Part shown: positions 63,278 to 64,000 of the stretch, piece after piece | Numbering within the stretch: position 1 is the first letter of the stretch | Layout: each line of letters opens with the position of its first letter | Assembly: GCF_964213995.1 (NCBI RefSeq) | Contig: NC_135801.1 | Coordinates: forward strand, 84,568,001 to 84,632,000 | Length of the DNA: 64,000 nt | DNA from: Mustelus asterias | Taxonomy: Eukaryota | Direction: 5' to 3' | Notes under the pieces: model-generated | The model's input: the letters and a program-made list of their open reading frames with translations, nothing else | The model's database searches: none | Told to the model about the DNA's origin: nothing | Translations under genes and position numbers: made by a program

Positions 63278-63659
63278 GTTTCTCTAATCGAACAGCTATT
63301 ATAGTGCGAGGCTTGGGCACCGCACATAACTAGGCAGTGATCCGGTTATACTGAACAGGGGTGAAATATCTTTCTACATTGTAACAACTGGCAACACCCA
63401 AGGGTTACAAAGTAGCAGCAATCAGCTGCGTGCCATGAACGACAAGACAGGATGAATGCACTTACCAGGCAGTGTTGTTGTTGCATTCTAAGGTGGGAGG
63501 AGCTAGGCAAGAGACAACAACAAAAATAAATAGCATTTTCTTGTAATCCGAAAAAAAACAATTCCAGTCCAAGCAATTCCCCATTTTATATCTGGTTAAA
63601 GACATTTTGAGATGTGTGGGCAATGCACGAAGTGGATTGCTCAACACTGCACTGCACCC

Positions 63660-64000
63660 GATTGAATGGACACAGCCAGCAGCAGCGCAGACCCCGCCCT
63701 ATCCAGGAAAACCCCTCTCCTCCAGCACCTGACATCACAATGGCCACTCTATTCCTCCCGCTGTTCACTTCCGGCAGCGCGGTTATCTCTTGCCCGCCGC
63801 GCCGGCTCACTGCACTCTCTTTGGTAACATTCCAGTTCTCCCCTCCCCCTCCCCGCACGGCGCCTGCGCCGGCTGTTCCTGAGCCGCGGTTGGTTGCCGC
63901 CCCGGGATCACGTGACCGATGCTGGGCCTTGGTCCCGGCCGCGGCGGCCATTTTGTGAGGACACCATTATTTAAAGAGAACAGCGTGCGCGGCCGCTCTT
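63660..64000 (+). promoter_or_regulatory. CpG island promoter of the next gene, probably HNRNPD by synteny
   Basis: CpG-rich. ETS cacttccgg at 63766, NRF1-like gcgcctgcgc at 63860, E-box tcacgtga at 63908, YY1 gcggccattttg near 63944-63955. No coding exon is in the window, so gene identity is inferred. Confidence 0.7.

Noticed and set aside
63455-63475. U1 snRNA 5' end (acttaccaggcag)
   Set aside because: Similarity stops after about 13 nt. It is better explained as a reverse-strand 5' splice site or chance.
63586-63951. Minus-strand ORF MAAAAGTKAQHR as a gene
   Set aside because: The ATG coincides with the YY1 motif. It is a GC-rich low-complexity frame with no recognisable domain.

Overview
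Vertebrate genomic DNA, most likely from a shark or other elasmobranch (HE1-type V-SINEs and CR1 LINEs dominate). It is not prokaryotic. The gene content matches the ENOPH1-HNRNPDL-(HNRNPD) block. ENOPH1 coding exons 1-2 lie on the minus strand (5299-5382, 1486-1587). A complete HNRNPDL gene lies on the plus strand: 7 coding exons, about 308 aa, one GC-AG intron, and a highly conserved 3'UTR NMD 'poison' exon at 37699-37803. A CpG-island promoter at the right edge is probably HNRNPD. The HNRNPDL CpG island sits between a 5.1-kb G-rich minisatellite and a 49/44-bp higher-order repeat. The rest is mostly nested retroelements. The most unusual signals are: (i) a decayed U1-head plus near-full-length U2 snRNA chimera in HNRNPDL intron 4, a candidate snRNA-derived SINE; (ii) a series of Penelope-like insertions with covarying minimal hammerhead ribozymes, a fixed asymmetric fold-back and tail geometry and 11-13-bp TSDs, including a perfect 208-bp palindrome and a 33-bp tail-only insertion; (iii) a CR1 copy fused to a PPT+LTR-start fragment. 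Family names and human comparisons are from memory. Boundaries of old repeats are approximate.
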